A stretch of DNA of 64,000 bases. Source: Stylophora pistillata. Its lineage: Eukaryota. The notes beneath the pieces were generated by a model. That model did no database searches. It had not been told where the DNA came from and saw only the letters and a list, made by a program, of their open reading frames with translations. This document shows positions 25,501 to 37,040 of the stretch, piece after piece. The stretch is taken from NCBI RefSeq assembly GCF_002571385.2, contig NW_019218252.1, forward strand, positions 4,181-68,180, in the 5' to 3' direction. A program made the translations under genes and the position numbers. Position 1 is the first letter of the stretch, and each line of letters begins with the position of its first letter.

Positions 25501-28500
25501 ACATGACTGAGAACAAAGGAAAATAAAATTTGAACTAAGGATAAAATTGAACTACAACATATACAATAATTGTTCGCAACTTCTTCAAAAGTAGTAAATA
25601 TATTATAACAGTAATACGTCTGAGCTGACCTGTTGTGGTAACCACTGGTTTGATAAGTTCCATTTTCAACCCGTTTCTATACTGCTACCGAAATAAAACA
25701 TTTCGACAAACATGTAAAGTGTTGCTGAAAATGAACCGTGCATGAGTTTATTACGAGGATTAGTAGCTTCTTCTTCACATTCGATATAGAAATCTATCAG
25801 TGTTTTCCATTTATATTTATAAGCCTTCTGTTAGAATAAACCTTCTGTTAGAATAAACCTTTTTGAAACCTCACTGTGCAGTTTTTTTGTCTTCTGAACA
25901 GTGTGACTAACACGGAAAGGTGGAAAAGACTTTTCATATCCTTCAAGTTTGCTTGAGAAACGCTCGTTTTGAAGGACAACGGAAGCCTCTCTTATCCGAT
26001 AAGAGAGTATTTGTGGGTACCGGCTTTTTCCACTTTTCTCTGTGCTAGTGAGTCACAGTAGTTTAGCTTAAGGGGAGGGTTCCCCGCTTCTCCCCATTTT
26101 ACGAGCGCCCTATCAGGCGAGATTGAGTAACTTTAGCAAGACTGAACCGTAAGCTGACAAGGAAGCGACAATTTAGTACTCATTACAACCCATGCTGTCT
26201 TGATTTGTTGTTCTAGGCCTGTCGTAAAAGACTGTGGAGCCCATATTTACATTAAACAAGGACGACATCCAGTGTTGGATACGCTTCTTTCAGAGAATGA
26301 ACAGTTCGTCCCGAATGATACTCACATGGATGTAAGTGAATTCTAAATTAACAGGAGGTCAATGAGCAAGGGCAGCAATTGTGAGCAAGAACAGAAAATA
26401 AAGTAACATGCTTGGCTACGTATACAGCGCAGCAGTAACGGAAGCCTTGCTGCGATTGAATAAATCAACTTGAAAAGCGTGGCAGTTGTAATGGGGATAC
26501 TCAAGCAATTCTAGTCGTTGAGGGCATCAGTAGTTTCTTTTCCTTTCACTTACCTAACAAGCAAGGGCACAGGAAAGAACTTACAACTAGAATTCATGGA
26601 AAGGTGGCGAAAATCACGGTCTTCTTTGTCCTTAGAGTTTTTGGGAGAAGAATCTAGGTTCTTTGCGTGTTTAGCAATTCACACTTTGACTATCGATTGC
26701 TCTCTTTGTAGGTCAACAGCAATCGTTGCATGATCATTACAGGACCAAACATGGGAGGAAAGAGTTCCTACATAAAACAGGTACCAGTCTACCTTTAACT
26801 TACCAGTTATATTCTACCGTCGTTGTTTTTGTGGGAAGGTTAATTCCAAGTTCATTAACATTTTACCTCGCAGGTTGCCTTGATTGTTATTCTTGCCCAG
26901 GTCGGCTCATTTGTACCAGCCGAAGAAGCACGGGTTGGAGTTTTAGATGCAGTTTTTACAAGGTGATGACTTGTAAGCCAAAATGTATTTTTACGCCAGT
27001 TTGGTTTCTAGGCCTTGGTTACTTTTTGTTTAATTGTAATTCCGTTATGTATGGACAGGATGGGGGCTACAGATAGCATTTACAAAGGACAGAGTACATT
27101 CATGGTTGAACTTCAGGCAAGTTGAAAATTTATTCCATTTCATCTACAATAAAGTCTGTAGGTTTCTTTTCCGATTTGTAAGTTTTTACGTTTCTAATTT
27201 GGAATTTCTCATTACCAGTGAAAAGCGCCTTTGAAAAGGAGTGTTGTCACTGGTATAGGGGCTTTTCGTTAAATCTTTCCAGCCTGTAGAGCAGCTTACG
27301 CATATTTGTGAAGCTATCACAATGACTTTAAAAGCGAACAAGTCCTGACGACATTCCGAGCCAATCATCTTTGAAACAAATCCTCGTTGTGCTATATATA
27401 CTTGTGAAGGTTTGATTTAGCATTAAGACGCTCGTTGTAAGAGTTCATTGACCGTCTATTGCTTCCGTTGCAGGAAACGTCTGACATTATTGCCCAGGCT
27501 ACTTCTAAGTCACTTGTCATTCTTGATGAGTTGGGCCGCGGTACTAGTACTCATGACGGCACGGCCATTGCCTATGCCACCGTACACCACTTCATTAGCA
27601 AGGTCGGTGTCACTTATGGTTGAAAGAAGGCGTTACTTATTGCAAAATCTTTATTTCGACAATACACCATAATTATGTAGAACGTTACCTTCAATCCCAC
27701 CAATTTTTTCTCCCACAGATAGCAAGCTTGACTCTGTTTGTAACACACTATCCGTCTCTAGCGGAGCTGGACAGATTCTTCCCAAACCAAGTCACCAACA
27801 ATCACATGGCATTCATGACATCAGAAGAGCAGGGCACCACCTGTGCCGAGGGAGGGGAAGGTGAAGACAACAATGTCGCGTGTCCCGTCGTACCGTCAGT
27901 TACGTTCCTTTACCACTTGGTGAATGGAGCGGCTGCTAGGAGCTACGGGTTAAATGTGGCTCGCTTGGCGGGAATTCCGAATGAAATAATTAACACAGCG
28001 GCCGCAAAATCACGTGAAATGGAGAACTTGATAATGTCAAGACGGTGGGTACCTTTCAGTTAGATTCGAAGGGTTGTTGACAGACTTTACCAAAGCTGCA
28101 GTGATGTTTGTCGTATGCCTGTGAGCCGTGACTTTTCTGAGGGAGCAAACCTGCCATAAGAATTGAGAGGTTTAAGGTTCGGTTTGTCGTCACTTGATTT
28201 TGCGATTTATTTATTAGCTTCGCTATCAGTTTTTAGCAAATCTAAACTCAAATACGAGCTGCTTTGACGCTTTTGAGGCATAGGAAATGCACTTCGCTGT
28301 TAAAAAGTCAATGCATAAACACTGGCTATCTTTAGAATATCTGAGAAATGTTCCTGTGATATTTAATGTCACTAAATGAACTCTCTATCTTTTTTTTTCC
28401 TTACAGATCGATCAAAACCAGTTTTGAGGAAATTTTCTCAAAATCGCCAACAACACATGAAGTGATCGAGCAGCTGAAGACTTCTTTGGAGAAGATTTCA

Positions 28501-28512
28501 CCCGATTTCTGA
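10853..28512 (+). CDS. MSH3: DNA mismatch repair protein MSH3 (23 exons, 1164 codons); in-frame TGA at codon 653
   Basis: Exons: 10853-11056, 11527-12132, 12899-12993, 13537-13676, 14158-14288, 14731-14903, 15717-15995, 16142-16226, 16417-16526, 16842-16974, 17191-17316, 17415-17476, 17646-17712, 17837-17938, 18128-18192, 18717-18941, 26217-26331, 26712-26780, 26874-26962, 27059-27116, 27474-27602, 27719-28044, 28407-28512 (sum 3495 nt, phases consistent). PIP box [18 protein letters not shown]3-type [13 protein letters not shown] (no MSH6 FxE motif), Walker [31 protein letters not shown]. Confidence 0.95.
12507..12571. repeat. Imperfect (ATG/ATA)n microsatellite
   Basis: aataatgatgatgataattatattaatgataatgacgatg... 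Confidence 0.8.
13677..14157 (+). other. U12-type (minor spliceosome) GT-AG intron, MSH3 intron 4
   Basis: Donor GTATCCTTTG is the U12 consensus. The 3' end lacks a pyrimidine tract; branch-like TATTGAC lies ~16 nt upstream of the AG. Phase 1 in GE/D. Confidence 0.85.
19482..19551. repeat. (CT)n microsatellite, about 35 units with two interruptions
   Basis: Read directly from the sequence. Confidence 0.95.
20176..21144 (+). CDS. Intronless class A (rhodopsin-like) orphan GPCR nested in MSH3 intron 16, same strand
   Basis: 322 aa with seven hydrophobic segments: TM1 LMNALVI, TM2 LAVTD, TM3 SLERF, TM4 W, TM6 KALKT, TM7 NPFIY. Confidence 0.92.
   Translation: MNTSDFAEGPHFPTCVMNKVVWSNSYYIERTSFAISSIILRGLSMPVTILMNALVIAAVKTTPRLQTNYNVLLACLAVTDLLVGLIVQPSFIFIQINVLRGISLEEFCQYEKELSFFAIIPILSSLYLLTLISLERFVAIKHTYRYATICTTRRLITAVAISWIIAIFPSVLHFLVESLQPIVRAVRAFFWMVNFIVIIFCHISVYFVSRRHESRIRSEQVSQQAAADFAKEQKALKTTRIILMTLLLCILSPFVYSLLLRIFSNSSSYVVTVIHLSHPLLSASSAINSACNPFIYCYRNRTFRDKCVRFLKFKFVNQETEE
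21384..22271 (+). mobile_element. 5'-truncated non-LTR retrotransposon (CR1/L2-group-like RT 3' end)
   Basis: INDL...WKYVDDT (RT catalytic motif), [32 protein letters not shown]. The 3' UTR ends AATAAAG(TATC)n. Possible short TSD ctata. Confidence 0.88.
23113..23748. repeat. Diverged ~200-bp direct repeat (23113-23312 and 23551-23748)
   Basis: Both copies run cttttgtgtttgatt.ctcgcttagttc...atttgaagaagcgaaa.cggacacg...ctgttgttatgg.aatgca...gttacgt; roughly 80% identical by eye. Confidence 0.85.
24030..24128 (-). mobile_element. SINE 3' end with (TATG)n tail, cut by an assembly gap
   Basis: cccacccatcccaccccaagggaggacatccac is shared with the SINEs at 47612 and 53056, but the terminal segment differs. 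N run at 24129-24139. Confidence 0.6.
24658..25763 (+). pseudogene. Pseudogenised tandem paralog of the nested GPCR
   Basis: Collinear with 20176-21144. Start ATG>ATA (24658), TGG>TGA (24721), several frameshifts and stops, and a MITE inserted after TM6. Confidence 0.9.
25429..25561. mobile_element. MITE with ~49-bp TIRs and TA target duplication (Tc1/mariner-like)
   Basis: tatgttgtagttcaattttatcctt(g/a)gttcaaattttattttcctttgtt is inverted with one mismatch. TA at 25427-28 and 25562-63. Confidence 0.88.
27117..27473 (+). other. GC-AG intron (MSH3 intron 20)
   Basis: CAG|GCAAGT donor is required to join STFMVELQ to ETSDII. Confidence 0.85.
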
Positions 28513-29749
28513 GGCTAAATTACGTCATTACTTGATATTCATACAAAGTAAATGCAGTTTTTTTCTCCTTTAAAATTTATTTTCCTCATTTTCACGCGTA
28601 GCCAAACGATAATTAGATGCTGATCCATTATCAAGACATGTGGGATGCACCAGACCAAGTTACCATAAATAGCCGCGTAAAACTTGCGATAAAAAGATTT
28701 GATCTAAAAACAGCACACTCCATGGAAAACGAGATTTTGTACCTTTGAAAGAATGTCTCCTTCACGCAATGTAGTGGACGTGTATATCAGTAAACTTGAT
28801 AACTTTTATGCTATTCCTGATGGAAACTTGCTTGCAAAGTGTGGCCTTCGGAGAGGAACCACACATAGGTAAACAGTTAACCGGTTTTAGACACTTGAAG
28901 ACAGTGTTCACCTTCACTTGTAAGCTATTAAAGAGTGGCTTGGCCAATTCAGATTTACTTAAATTAAAACACAGCTTGGTCTAAAAGCTGCGACAGAATT
29001 CCAAATTTTAGGGTCTTGGTAGAGGAGGGGACCTTAACAGGTCATACAATGTGACGCGCACCAATACATCAGAACCAATCAGAGAGTCCTATTTACGCAG
29101 GGAATTACTTTCATTTTCCCGCGATTCCAAGGCTTTGTTTCTACATTATACAGGGCACGCCCAAGAGCCATCATTGAAAAAATAAACATACCAAGAAATT
29201 CGTATATTGATTAACTCTCACTTGTCAGGTTTTACATGAGCAACCTGGAAGCAGCAACGAATAATTGATTGGAAAGAGTTGAACAGCTTCAGAATGTGTC
29301 TGAGCAATATTTCATCTATGTTCTTGGGTGTGGTTAAGTTGTTATCAAATGCACCTCTGTCTCGTATTTATCGGTGGTGGAACTTCAAATAATTTGAAGG
29401 GTCGTAAACAACCTCGCACCGCCCTTCTTTACAAGACAACCTGTGATCTGATTTAAAACTTTTGTTTTGAGCCACAATTTGCGTTTCCCTGATGTTTCAT
29501 TCATATTTTTTAACCTTGAATAAATAGAAACGTAAATATTTTGCAAAATGCCAAAATAAGGGTGTGTTTTCTTGATGAAAATAAATTGATCTTATCCTTG
29601 CTTTGACGGCGGGTTGCCTGGTTCAGGTAATTTACCTTAAATAAATAATGATTAAACACCCTTAGCCAATAGAAACTCCGCACACTTTAGATGAAATATA
29701 ACTCCCGGAAATATAATATCATTAGCAATCGAGAGCTAAGTTCTTCAAA

Positions 29750-32674
29750 ATGCTGTCCTTTCTAGTTGTTTTAGCTGTAATTAATTGGCCAGGCTGTCTT
29801 GGCTCCAATAATGTGTACAATCTCAACGAACGGGACTTCGAAGGTTACATCCGGGATAAGGACATAATGCTGGTTGATTTTTACGCGCCTTGGTGAGTTG
29901 TATTAAACGTGTTGACATTTAGAATCGTGCATTAAACGCTTGACTGCGTTCACAAGCTTACGATCTTTTTAACTGGTACTTCCATGTACATACAAAACAC
30001 CTTTGCTTTAAAGGGCGTTTTCGCTCTCCTTTTTCTTTGTCCATTCATATTCGAATAGTGTAATAAGGCAAATTAAGAGGTCAATTATGCGAAGGAGTTG
30101 TTAAACGTATTCTTGCTTTCATATTCTCCCCAAGTTCGATGGAAAATTATCCGTTCTTCTTAACCATAAGTTTGGAAATTATGAATTTTCGTCCGTTATT
30201 CTTACGGAGTACAAATAAACCTGTTTCTTATCCGATTTGATAAACATCCAACAGATAGCAGGTAGAGTCTTTCACCACATCCTTGTTTTGAACAGTTAAA
30301 GTGACATCTTGGACATCAATTGCAACGTTTTAGAAACGTAGAAAATTGACGACAATGGCCATAACGTGCAAAAGAATAGAACCCTATGAGACCCTACCCC
30401 AGAATTGTAGACTCCTTTACAAAAACGTTATAGCTATGGCTTCCAAATTAAAACATAATTGTTGTTTTAGTGACATGTGTTGTTGTCATTGCGGTCATTT
30501 TATCAATTATGTCAAGCTCTTTTTCAGTCAAGTGAATAGGTTTTTTTTTTTACATTTAGAAGGGAAACCATTGAGGTCAGAGCAGAATCATAGATGATTT
30601 TGACCTCAGCAAACATTGTCGACCTGTCTTCTTGATTTCTCTCAATCTGTGATCATGCACAAACTTGAAATGACCAGCCACCCGTTCGTTTCATGGTGAG
30701 AGAAAAGATAGATTCAGCTGACGAGTTTTACAACTTTGTCAGCTCACAATTCAGATCACTAGATGAGGCCAAGGAGCTACTTTGAAAAAGCGCTTTTGAG
30801 GATATAAGAGGATGTACGATGATAACAATTGTAGCCTCCCAAATGAATAATCGTATGGTCGGAATAACTTGGAATCAAGGATGTATGTACGCTACGAGAA
30901 TAGGTCAATGGCACGTGTTGGTTCAGGAGTCTGTGGATTTTTGTTTGTGATCTTTTATTTGGGAGGGGCTGAAGGGCTTCATTTCTCCTTTTTTCTCTCT
31001 CTGTCTAGACTACAGTAAACATCAATCAGATCTCTTGCTTTTTAGTAGCTTGATTAGACTGTTATCAATTTTGATTTTACCTTTAGGTGTACACATTGTA
31101 AAGAACTGAGCCCCGAGATTGATGCAGCCGCTGAACAACTCGCTTCCAAGAACATGTATGTGTTTGCAAAGGTTAGTTCACCGTGCTCAGTACGTATGGG
31201 GGAGGGAAGGGTGGTTGCGTGCAAATGTGGAAAAAAAAAAACGCGGCTATCACGTATCCTAGCTCGGCGTTAACTAGTTTGCCAGTTTACTTTTTTTCTA
31301 TTCAGTTATCTATTCATAGTTTTATTAGTCAATTTATTTGTTTTATTCATTTTTTTATTTAATCAAAAACCTACGTTTAACTCTCTTGACAGGTGGACTG
31401 TGTCAACGACGGCAAACAGTTGTGTCAGCGGTTTAACATACAGGGCTACCCCACGATTAAGTTGTTTAAGTATGGTCAGTACGTTGGAGATTATGTTGGA
31501 CAGCGAGACAGAGGTTAGTGAATCAGTAGAGCTGTTACTATTCACGGCGTCGATAGAGGCTGAGAGGAAACTTCTATCATCGAAACTTTGACGGTAGAAG
31601 TAGTGAGTATATCATAAATGATAACCCTTCGCATCTTTCTTTTTTTTTGCACAGGCTCACTGATGCAGTATGTCGATTCGGTGGCCTCAACGTTTTCGCA
31701 ACGTGCACCGCTGGTCAACAGTTTGGCTACACCTCTGGGTCAACCAATTAACTACAAGCCGCACGCTCAGTTATTAGCTCTGCACCATGCTCCCGCAATT
31801 CAAGCAGCAGCCGCGGCCGTTGCGCCGACTTTCACGAATCAGGCAAACATGCACGCGAAGAACCCGTCTCTTATGAACTCGTTTTACGGTGCGTCAGCGC
31901 ATGCGCAACCTCCTGCAAACCTGGCTGCTTTTCTTGGCAAGCAACAAGCAAGCCCAGACTCTTTGCAGTCAAAATTTGGCAGCCTGTCGTCGCTCGACAT
32001 TTATAGAGCTAAGCTTAAAATGATCGCAGCTTACAAGAACTATCAGCGTCGCCTTAAAGAGTACAGAATGAAACTTATGGCCAGTAAAGCAAACGTAAAT
32101 CCCAATCCTCAAGCCTTTCCAGGCGCGGTAACTCATCCGCCTCGTCCCGGTGTAAATGCATTCGCTCAGCCCCAGCCCTATCGCGGGTATTATCGACCCG
32201 AGGCCCTGGCAGCACAGAATGTGCAGATCAATCGCGCGTATCCCCAAGCTGGCTATGGAGTCAATACCATGGGTTATCCCAACCAGTTTGGCAGTCCTTA
32301 TGGTTATCAAGCTGTGGCCAGTAGTCCGTATTACAGAAGTAAAATGGGTCACGGGAAGGGTAAGAATCCTGGGAAGCTAAGAAGACCTGCGCCGCGTCCT
32401 GCTGCTCTCAGAAACCCCGCTTACAATCGTCAGCCTGGTAGAACTCGATTCAACAGCCAGGCAGCTTATTATTACAAACAACAACACCAGCGACAGCAAC
32501 AATTTCAACAAGCTTCCCGGCAGCAATATTACCGTCAGCCAAAGCAACAGAGGCAACAATTTAGACAGAAGCAGCCACAACGACAATATAAACAGGAGCC
32601 TCAGCAACTCCGGCAGTTTCAACAAGAGCCACAGCAACAACAGCGGTTTCTACAGGAGGCACAGCAACTCCAGC

Positions 32675-32705
<31 letters not shown>

Positions 32706-33424
32706 GTCGCAGGGCGATCAACAAACCTTCAAGCAGAATGAGGTATTTCCACTCTGCTATAATTTTGAAACTCAGTTCTAAGTTCAGGTGCCTCAAAATA
32801 CATACAGCAATGCAAAGAAAATACAAAGAAAAATAATGGAGGTCTCCACGGCTCTACATTTAACGCCACTGGAGCTCATAGAGATAAGTAACTAAACGTT
32901 TTAAGGACATTGTGCACATTATAGGTAAGCTGCAACTCGCACTGAGGGTTTTAACACTTTTTTCTTAACTCTTCAAATATAAAACTTTTCGATGCTCGAA
33001 AAAAACCGAATAATTTAATCCAAAGATTGCACTTCCCTTTACACTTCTCATTAATTTTCAGCAGCCCCAACCTGTGGAAAAGTTTCCTTTATCTCTCCCT
33101 GAACAGCCAAGCGATTCGCCATCAAAACCATCAAAACCAGACACGTCAGCTCTCAAGGATCTGAAAGCTGACATTGAGAGCGCCATCCAGGACGCTCTGA
33201 GGAATGCTGTAACAAAAAGTGCGCAGAAGACTAAGCCGAGTGAGGAGGTACACGTTGACGTTGAGAGGGCTAAGCCTCAGATCCCTGAAGCGTCTCCTGA
33301 ACAAGCGGGATCTGGATCTGGAGTCCAGACACAAAATATATCTCAGCAGGGTAGCGTTGGGGATGCTGTGAATGGTGAAGCCCATAGTGGTAGTGGGTCG
33401 GGTTTAAAACCCGAATCCCGGTGA
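29750..33424 (+). CDS. Signal-peptide, single-thioredoxin-domain (PDI a-like, WCTHC) protein with a long low-complexity Ala/Pro/Tyr/Gln-rich tail (~599 aa)
   Basis: Exons 29750-29892, 31087-31171, 31393-31513, 31655-32742, 33062-33424 (NAGNAG acceptor). MLSFLVVLAVINWPGCLG signal; LVDFYAPWCTHC, FAKVDC, IQGYPTIKLF, Y.G.R. Ends ...KPESR, no KDEL. Confidence 0.85.
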
Positions 33425-33990
33425 AGAACTAAATTAAGAAGCGAGAGACACCTGAGGTTATTCCAAATCTGGAACGAGAATGTTTTTAAACCAAAAATTG
33501 GTCTCTGAATTTTTGTAAAGAGTTCTCTCCACCTTGAGTTGATGAGTAACATTTCTTCTGGCATATCCAAGTGCAAAGTTCCTTCCAAATCAATCTTCAC
33601 GTGCGAATCGTTTGCACATGATAGTTTTCGTTTGCACATGACACTTTCCTTATTTGGTACATCAAAAAAATCAATGAAATATGTTAGAAAAAAGTTACAG
33701 TAATTTTATCTACGAGAAGACGATAGAAGTTCCCTCTTTTGATCTCTGATCAACACATTTCTCCTTCTTTTCTCTCGTATTGCGGAAGAAAGCAGAAATA
33801 GACTATAAAGAATCAAAACAGCCAATCTGAAAATTATAATTTCAATAAAAGTATATTTTGTAAAGTCGAAATAAAAATGAAAATAAAACTATTTTTTTAC
33901 TTATCAGTGTTTCTTGCAAATGCATTGGAAATTATTTAGCAGATATTTAACCAAGAATATTAATATAAATGATTACCGAAATTTCCCGAT

Positions 33991-34208
33991 TAACCCGTTC
34001 ACTGACACCCTAACATCAGTATGCATATTCTCCATACTGTTCTCTATACATTTCCTAACGAGCTGACGAGGAGAATTTATTTAACAATCACGAACATGTT
34101 TTAAGTTGGTGATCATTTAGTTTGTTCTCGTGACCTTAATGTTTAATACAGGGGTGAAATAGTTTGGAGAAATTGGATGCTGGTTAGTCTCAGGGTCGAA
34201 GGGGTTAC
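33991..34208. mobile_element. MITE, TTAACCC...GGGTTA-ended family (piggyBac-like ends)
   Basis: ttaacccgtt ... aggggtta terminal inverted similarity; ~215 bp, non-coding. Confidence 0.65.
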
Positions 34209-35120
34209 GAATAACGAATAGTGGTAGACAAACGTCATACACGAGGAGTTGCATTGCACACGTTCAGTTTTGGATTAGCACAAGAATGGCGATTGTCAAT
34301 GCCTAAAATCTTAAGTCTCTTTATTCAAACACTAAAGAACAAAGACGAACAAAGTCCTAGCAAATTAAGTCAATCAGGTGATGTATCAGGAATACAAATG
34401 GGGTCTTACTCTGCTGCGCTATTAATGTGTGTGGTGGTGTTTTTTTTTTCCGCGCCTTTCGTGGGGTGCACACGTTATGATTTTCCCGTGCTGGCATGGG
34501 CGACCTTCGCGTTTGTAGCACCGGTATTACAATGTCTCATGTTCGAATCGACTTTGAGATAGATTTATTTCATGCGTACCAGAATGGGAGAAGTTTACTC
34601 ACCCCTCACGACTCCTGCTATGTCGACACTAACTTAACTTATACTATCTTGAATATAAACAAATTCTACATTACCTGAGCAGGTTTTGTTTGGTAATCAA
34701 ATCTCCGACAGGTTGAAATTTAATTCGATAGTAAAGCAAAACTACACACCTGTTGTTGTCAATCAGCACGAGTTAGTTGACCAGAAACGATATATGCGAT
34801 AAAAACACAACATGACAATGAGTAGTGAAGTAGGCTTTTTTTTTAACCTGATTTTGAGATGGTAAATACAAAAATTCGCAGAACCAGATCTTTGGGCAAA
34901 TAACACCGATAATTGTGGGTGATGCGACATTGATCCATTACTTACACTTGGAATAATGTGATGCAATACAAAAACTACTCATTAATTGGCGAAGGGGGCA
35001 AGATCAACCAATCAGAATGCTCGAATATGACATATGAAGGGTAGAATGTGAAGTGCCTTAAATCAACACTTTCGATGATTTTCTCGTAGATCACGCCAGA
35101 ATCTCTAAAACAAGTGAACA

Positions 35121-36774
35121 ATGTTTACGGCTATACTTTCGATAGCCTTGTCCCTTGTAGGGACAAGTTTTTGCGCTCCATCTAATCCAGTCTTAAAGTT
35201 GACTGATAACGATTTTGACCATTTTTTGAAAGACAAAGAGACGATGTTGGTGGACTTTTACGCACCTTGGTAAGTTTTGGCTCTTTGGATTTTGGTCCGT
35301 GTACACAGCGCAACTGATAAACGAAGAAGTAGAAAACAACGAATTCGACGAGCCAGTTTTTAAAAAGGTACAATCAGTGGTTGTTTGATGACTACACGGC
35401 TGACGCGTGAAGCGTCCGATTTTAAGACAAACAGGTGAAATAGAACCGTATTGTTTATCCGTTTACGGTTGAGTTGTACGGCAGGTTAGGCATTTAAGTT
35501 TTGTCACAGAGTTTTCGTCTGGCTTATAGTTTATTTTTTTCTTTGATAATGGTTAAACTTAGTTGTCATTGGTGTTTCCTGATACATATTTTGATAAATT
35601 CATTGATTTAAAATTTTATTGCACTCATCCATTTAACACATCTCCATTTAACTTCTTTAGAAGAAAATCGAATAAATTTCGTATTCTGTCGGCAACAGAT
35701 TCACTCTTTGACGCCGTGTTCTTCGCCACTATTAATTAAGATATGATTTAAACCAAATGAGCCTGTATCTTATGCCAGGAGTTATCAGAGCTATTACTCT
35801 GTCCCCGGCCATCCTTACTGCCATTCTTACTACCAAGTGTAATGGTACCACAACAGAACCTGACAAGAAACCAGTGCAAACAAGTGACAATATAATCCTT
35901 CCCCTCCCCCCTCAGGTGCAGCGACTGTGCCAGATTAAAGCCCGAGTTTGACAGCGCCGCAAAGGATTTTGCGCTGAAGGGGAAATTTGTTTTCGCCAAG
36001 GTTTGTATTGAAACTTCAGTTTGACCTATAAAAAAATCTAGTGCCAGACCCGAACAGCCATCAATATGGGCATAGGACTGGGTGGAGACTCGTTCCCAAA
36101 CCCCTCAGCGCTCCATCCCTGGAACTATTGCATTCTCTAGAACAATTACTTTTCCATGTTATCAAAAGCCCTTTCAACATTATTGCATAAGAGACATCGT
36201 GAAACAAGTACCACAGTAGCCTGACATGGACGCTATAAACTTCTTCGGGCCTTTTAAGTCCTAAAGAGCTGATTACTGTTCTGAACAGATTGACTGCTTC
36301 GGCGATGGAAGGAGTATCTGTGAAAACAGGTTCAATGTGCACAGCTGGCCTCAATTGAAAGTTTTCCGTCGCGGGCAATATGCTGGAGAATACAGCGGAA
36401 ATCAAGACAAAGGTACGTCCGCAGAGCGTGTAAGTAAACGAATTTCGCGGTTACTAAATTAGTCAGCAGTGGTTCTGATCATTGTATTATAGTCAGGAAC
36501 TATAGATCATACTTGTATATGATATTTGCAAAAGATCTCAGCGTCTCTTTGGTTAAATCCTCTTTTTTTTTTTTCAGCTTCTATTGAAAGATTTATGGAC
36601 AGCCTTGTTAAACAGAAAGTCCCGGATAATATTGGTCAGGACCAACCCCAGAAAAACCCGTCGGCAATCAAAGAAAACCCATATGGCCCCTGGTACCAAA
36701 AGGGATGGACTTACTGGGCTATGAGTCCTGGAAATGTCCCTTATCAGAACCCACCTGGCTGGAAAAGAGGATAA
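35121..36774 (+). CDS. Signal-peptide, single-thioredoxin-domain protein paralog (WCSDC) with a short Trp/Tyr/Pro/Gly-rich tail (184 aa)
   Basis: Exons 35121-35269, 35916-36000, 36289-36412, 36578-36774, with the same intron positions and phases as the upstream paralog. MFTAILSIALSLVGTSFC signal; LVDFYAPWCSDC, FAKIDC, VHSWPQLKVF. Ends PPGWKRG. Confidence 0.87.
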
Positions 36775-36962
36775 AGTTGAGAAAATCCTCAAAAGAATTC
36801 GAAGTTAAAATTTATCAGAGATCCGCAGCAATTAAGAGCCTAATATTCAATGGCTACAGAAGTTAAAACTTTAAAAAGAGGCCAGTTTCCGTGCTCAAGC
36901 CATATTATTTCAACCATTTTGTACGCAGTCACTGAACTCGTTAAAATGTTATAATTTGGATA

Positions 36963-37040
36963 TATCAACAAAGTTGAAATGGTAAATTGGCCACCGTAAC
37001 GATTACAAAAGCTGACGTTTCGAGCGTTAGCTCTTCGTCG
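36963..37040 (-). mobile_element. Truncated Penelope-like terminal repeat with a hammerhead ribozyme remnant
   Basis: The minus strand reads gcGACGA-a-GAGC-taac-GCTC-GAAAC-GTC-agc. Stem II and GAAA are intact; the CUGANGA core has lost its CU. Confidence 0.6.

Noticed and set aside
28457-28513. SECIS-like hairpin (ATGA...AAG...TGAG) overlapping the MSH3 stop
   Set aside because: It lies in coding sequence, has 16 nt between ATGA and AA (longer than the usual 11-13), a mismatched helix II and a poor helix I. Not accepted without SECISearch support.
30718-30730. CTGACGAG hammerhead-core-like strings (also ~34063)
   Set aside because: No stem II followed by GAAA; the second lies within a MITE.
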